44,680 nt of DNA from a virus, in the IMG/VR virus record IMGVR_UViG_3300033068_000459, positions 1 to 44,680 of that record; one strand, written 5' to 3'. Each line of letters starts with the position of its first letter. Within the stretch, counting starts at the first letter, position 1. Under the pieces are notes generated by a model that was not told the origin of the DNA, did no database searches, and saw nothing but the letters and a program-made list of their open reading frames with translations. Positions 41,993-44,680 of the stretch are shown one piece after another. Made by a program: the position numbers and the translations under genes.

Positions 41993-42021
41993 ATTCTAGC
42001 CGGATGAAGAAAAATGCGCAA
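41993..42021 (-). promoter_or_regulatory. Putative leftward early promoter TTGCGC-17 nt-TAGAAT
   Basis: Read on the minus strand. The -35 is at 42016-42021 and the -10 at 41993-41998, about 35 nt upstream of the Cro-like start. Confidence 0.5.
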
Positions 42022-42025
42022 GTGA

Positions 42026-42053
42026 TGCACAAAACTAAAAAATGCGGTATGCT
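42026..42053 (+). promoter_or_regulatory. Putative rightward early promoter TGCACA-16 nt-TATGCT
   Basis: A weak match. It overlaps direct repeats AAAAATGCG (42011-42019 and 42038-42046) and an inverted repeat (TGTGCAT 41986-41992 and ATGCACA 42025-42031). Confidence 0.3.
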
Positions 42054-42085
42054 TGAGGCTCCAAAAACATGACAGGACGGACTAC

Positions 42086-43150
42086 ATGAAACTTCTCAAG
42101 CCAGCAGTAAACCGCATGGCGTATGCAAAGGTGGGCATCTATGGAACGGCTGGATCTGGCAAGACTAGGACGGCTTCCGAAATCGCCATCGGCATACACA
42201 AGGCCATCAAGAGCACCAAGCCCATCGCCGCATTTGACACGGAACCAGCGTTTGGTTTTGTTCTTCCGATGTACCAGAAAGCAGGCATCGAGCTTTTGGT
42301 GGCAGACGAAAGCCGGGCTTTGATCGACCTCATGGCGTTCATGGACGAAGCCGAGAAGCATTGCGATGTTGCGATCATCGACAGCATCACACACGTCTGG
42401 CGCGATGCTCAAGACAGCTTTTTGAAGCGCCTGAACGAATCTCGCAGGAAGTTCGGTCGCAAGCCGCTTTCGGCTTTGGAGTTCCAGCACTGGAGGCCCA
42501 TCAAGGCCGCTTGGGCTGAGTTCACAGACAGATTTTTGTCAAGCAAGCTGCATGTGATCGTGTGCGGGCGTGCTGGGACGATCTACGAGTACCAGGACAA
42601 GGACGATGGTTCTGGCAAGAAAGAGCTAATCAGCACGGGGACCAAGATGGCGACCGAGAAGGAACTGGGCTATGAACCAAGCCTGCTGATTGAAATGGTG
42701 ATTGACCGCCAAGGTGGCAGGTCTCAAAACGTTGCAGTGGTTCAGAAAGACCGAAGCGACACGGTAAACGGGATGGAATTTCCCATGCCAACCTTCAAGA
42801 GCTTCGCGCCTCACTTCAATGCCTTGAACATCGGCGGTGAGCACTTTGGAAGCATGGACGCGAAGGATTCTCAGGCCATGTTCCCGGAAGCCAATGAGTC
42901 AGGGTGGGATATGGAGGCGCGCCGCCGAACAATCCTTGCCGAAGAGATCGCGGAGTTCATGAAGAAGCACTTTCCATCTCAGTCCGTTGAAGACAAGCAA
43001 AAGCGCGCTGAGCTGCTTGAAATGCACTTCGATACTCGGAGCTGGACGGCAGTTGAGGGAATGCACAGTGAGACTCTTCAGTCTGGTCTTGATGCCATGC
43101 GGGAGCGGCTTGAGCCCAAAGAAAAACCGGCGGGCGAACAGCCTGAATGA
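42086..43150 (+). CDS. Sak4-like RecA-fold ATPase (single-strand annealing / recombination) with a C-terminal extension
   Basis: Walker A GTAGSGKT, Walker B VAIIDSITH, and ...HVIVCGR... The ATG at 42086 (AGGACGGA upstream) is preferred over TTG at 42053. Confidence 0.6.
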   Translation: MKLLKPAVNRMAYAKVGIYGTAGSGKTRTASEIAIGIHKAIKSTKPIAAFDTEPAFGFVLPMYQKAGIELLVADESRALIDLMAFMDEAEKHCDVAIIDSITHVWRDAQDSFLKRLNESRRKFGRKPLSALEFQHWRPIKAAWAEFTDRFLSSKLHVIVCGRAGTIYEYQDKDDGSGKKELISTGTKMATEKELGYEPSLLIEMVIDRQGGRSQNVAVVQKDRSDTVNGMEFPMPTFKSFAPHFNALNIGGEHFGSMDAKDSQAMFPEANESGWDMEARRRTILAEEIAEFMKKHFPSQSVEDKQKRAELLEMHFDTRSWTAVEGMHSETLQSGLDAMRERLEPKEKPAGEQPE

Positions 43151-43329
43151 CCATGCAAACCACATACCTTCTGCTAAAAATCGAGCACTCCGCTCCTATT
43201 CCAGACCTAACCGACAAGGTAGCAGGCCGCGCATACACGATGGACAAGATCGAGGATGTGACGGCCGCGATCATCACTCCAGAAGCGGCGCATAGTCTTG
43301 AAATGGATTCCAAGGTGGATGTGAAATGA
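43147..43329 (+). CDS. Hypothetical protein (60 aa)
   Basis: ATGA overlaps on both sides. Confidence 0.5.
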   Translation: MTMQTTYLLLKIEHSAPIPDLTDKVAGRAYTMDKIEDVTAAIITPEAAHSLEMDSKVDVK

Positions 43330-44024
43330 GCAAGATTTACCACACCAGAGAATCCATTCTTTCCCGTCTAGAGAAAGGACCCGCTCAGTTTGCTGAGTGG
43401 GCGACAAGTCGAAATGCAAACCACGGCTCACGTGTGCAAGCCAGAAAGATAGTGGATGATCTTGTGCTTGATGGTTTGATTCGATTTGTTCACATTGGTC
43501 GATTCCCTTACTACATCCTTGGTACGCCGGAGGCACTGCGCCATGCCGAGCTGATGCAGATCGAAGAATCCAGCAAGGAAAGCCCTTGCGGTTGCATTCT
43601 TTGGACTGGGTTTATCAACAAGAACACGGGTCCGATGATTCGACCGGTTGCAGCAGATGCGCCAAAGTCTGTGCGTCGAACTGTGTGGCAAATGAATCGC
43701 GGTCCGCTTGGAGCAAATGACATCATCCGCATGAGTTGCCGAGACGATGCCTGCATATGCCTGGATCACATGGTAAAGACCCGAAGAAACACGCACCAGA
43801 AGGGAAGGCCAAAGAGCTACGTTACCCGCGTTCGCATCACCGAGGCTATCCGAAAACGCAGGAAGCTGACCATCGAGCAGGCCAACGAAATCCGCATAAG
43901 CCCTGAGAAGAATAGAGTGCTTGCGGAGAAGTATGGAGTTTCGCACTCAAACATAAGCGCTATCCGCCGAGGCCGCACGCTGAGAGACATGACGCCATCG
44001 CCTTTTGCCGGTCTGATGGGCTAG
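43326..44024 (+). CDS. DNA-binding protein: wHTH-like N-terminus, degenerate HNH_3-like core, C-terminal HTH
   Basis: CGCILWTGFINKNTGPMIR...RRTVWQMNRGPLG...MSCRDDACICLDHM resembles the phage HNH_3/AP2-type scaffold. The C-terminus LTIEQANEIR...AEKYGVSHSNISAIRRGRT is HTH-like. Confidence 0.55.
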   Translation: MSKIYHTRESILSRLEKGPAQFAEWATSRNANHGSRVQARKIVDDLVLDGLIRFVHIGRFPYYILGTPEALRHAELMQIEESSKESPCGCILWTGFINKNTGPMIRPVAADAPKSVRRTVWQMNRGPLGANDIIRMSCRDDACICLDHMVKTRRNTHQKGRPKSYVTRVRITEAIRKRRKLTIEQANEIRISPEKNRVLAEKYGVSHSNISAIRRGRTLRDMTPSPFAGLMG

Positions 44025-44115
44025 CCGACGAACGGCATGGATATTCTTGCGCGATGCCGGAATATTCGGATATGATGCATTCATCGCAACACGAAATGAT
44101 TTTGAAAGGCGCATC

Positions 44116-44295
44116 ATGGCAAACATCATTTTCTCTGAAATCGTGGAATCCAACGCTGTCAAGATCGTTGCCCTGGATGACCATCCAATGAATTTTTTGG
44201 TTCGCATCAACGGCAATATCCGACCCATCCAACACGCTCTTTACCAGATGCGCCGCGAAGATCTGCGCATCGAACGCGGCCCGATTACTGCCTGA
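44116..44295 (+). CDS. Hypothetical protein (59 aa)
   Basis: The internal ATG with GAAAGG upstream is preferred over the non-ATG track start at 44047. Confidence 0.45.
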   Translation: MANIIFSEIVESNAVKIVALDDHPMNFLVRINGNIRPIQHALYQMRREDLRIERGPITA

Positions 44296-44358
44296 CAGCA
44301 CCAGCAGCAAGTCGGACGCAGATGGCTTGCATAACAACCTCAACCGACAGGAGAAAAC

Positions 44359-44680
44359 ATGACAAAGAAATACGAGTTTGTACCCGGCGATGAAATCGTG
44401 ATCGCGCCGGGCCGCACGTTGAAGCGCATTCGTGCGCTGGTCGCTATCACAGCGCTGGGCGTTGCTCCTGGTGACACTGGCGGCTACGTAGAAAGCGAAG
44501 CGAACCTATCGCGGGTGTACGGCGATGCGTGGGTGTACGGCGATGCGCGGGTGTACGGCGATGCGCGGGTGTACGGCGATGCGCGGGTGTACGGCGATGC
44601 GCGGGTGTACGGCAATGCGCGGGTGTACGGCGATGCGTGGGTGTACGGCAATGCGCGGGTGTACGGCGATGCGTGGGTGT
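44359..44680 (+). CDS. Hexapeptide-repeat protein, 5' part (continues at nt 1)
   Basis: AGGAGA lies 5 nt upstream of the ATG. The N-terminal 52 aa are non-repeat, followed by (VYGDA[RW])n. The ORF is open to the last base of the window (322 nt, i.e. 107 codons plus 1 nt). Confidence 0.75.
   Translation, partial: MTKKYEFVPGDEIVIAPGRTLKRIRALVAITALGVAPGDTGGYVESEANLSRVYGDAWVYGDARVYGDARVYGDARVYGDARVYGNARVYGDAWVYGNARVYGDAWV
44515..44680. repeat. 18-bp tandem repeat GTGTACGGC[G/A]ATGCG[C/T]GG (continues at nt 1)
   Basis: Read directly: 9 full units plus 4 nt. Confidence 0.95.

Noticed and set aside
42035-42490. Minus-strand ORF of 151 aa
   Set aside because: It is antisense to the Walker-A-containing ATPase gene and would run into the divergent promoter region.

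Overview
This window reads as an essentially complete ~44.6 kb tailed dsDNA phage genome written as a linearised circle. The gene starting at 44359 runs off the 3' end and continues in frame at nt 1. The first 72 nt are identical to the last 72 nt, and both lie inside an 18-bp tandem repeat. Three transcription blocks can be inferred. (i) A rightward early operon runs from a divergent promoter region (~41961-42085) through a Sak4-like ATPase and repeat-containing proteins, across the junction, to 1963. (ii) A long rightward late operon (3381-31320) carries accessory genes, TerS/TerL, a DUF1073-type portal, a MuF-like protein, scaffold, cement-like protein, major capsid, neck, DUF3383 sheath, DUF3277 tube, a frameshifted chaperone, tape measure, baseplate, two fibres, and a holin/amidase/embedded-spanin lysis cassette. 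It ends at an intrinsic terminator (31362-31396). (iii) A leftward operon (41960 down to 31395) carries a Cro-like HTH, HNH, Ref, RusA, YdaU/DUF1376-type and lambda-P-like replication genes, and many small ORFs. No integrase, CI-type repressor, polymerase or partition genes are visible. The most unusual locus sits between blocks (i) and (ii). It is the only long ORF-free stretch (1964-2863, ~0.9 kb). It is rich in stable helices and contains a hairpin repeated three times. It is immediately followed by a tRNA whose two halves are separated by an AT-rich HNH endonuclease ORF. Other points of interest are a Rap1a/Tai-like periplasmic protein coupled to a small Cys-His hydrolase upstream of the terminase, a protein ending in an SSB-like DEIPF tip, three striking coding tandem-repeat arrays, putative ori iterons inside the replication initiator gene, and a chain of translationally coupled small membrane or Cys-rich proteins. 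All family assignments come from motif recall and gene context. No database search or folding computation was run.
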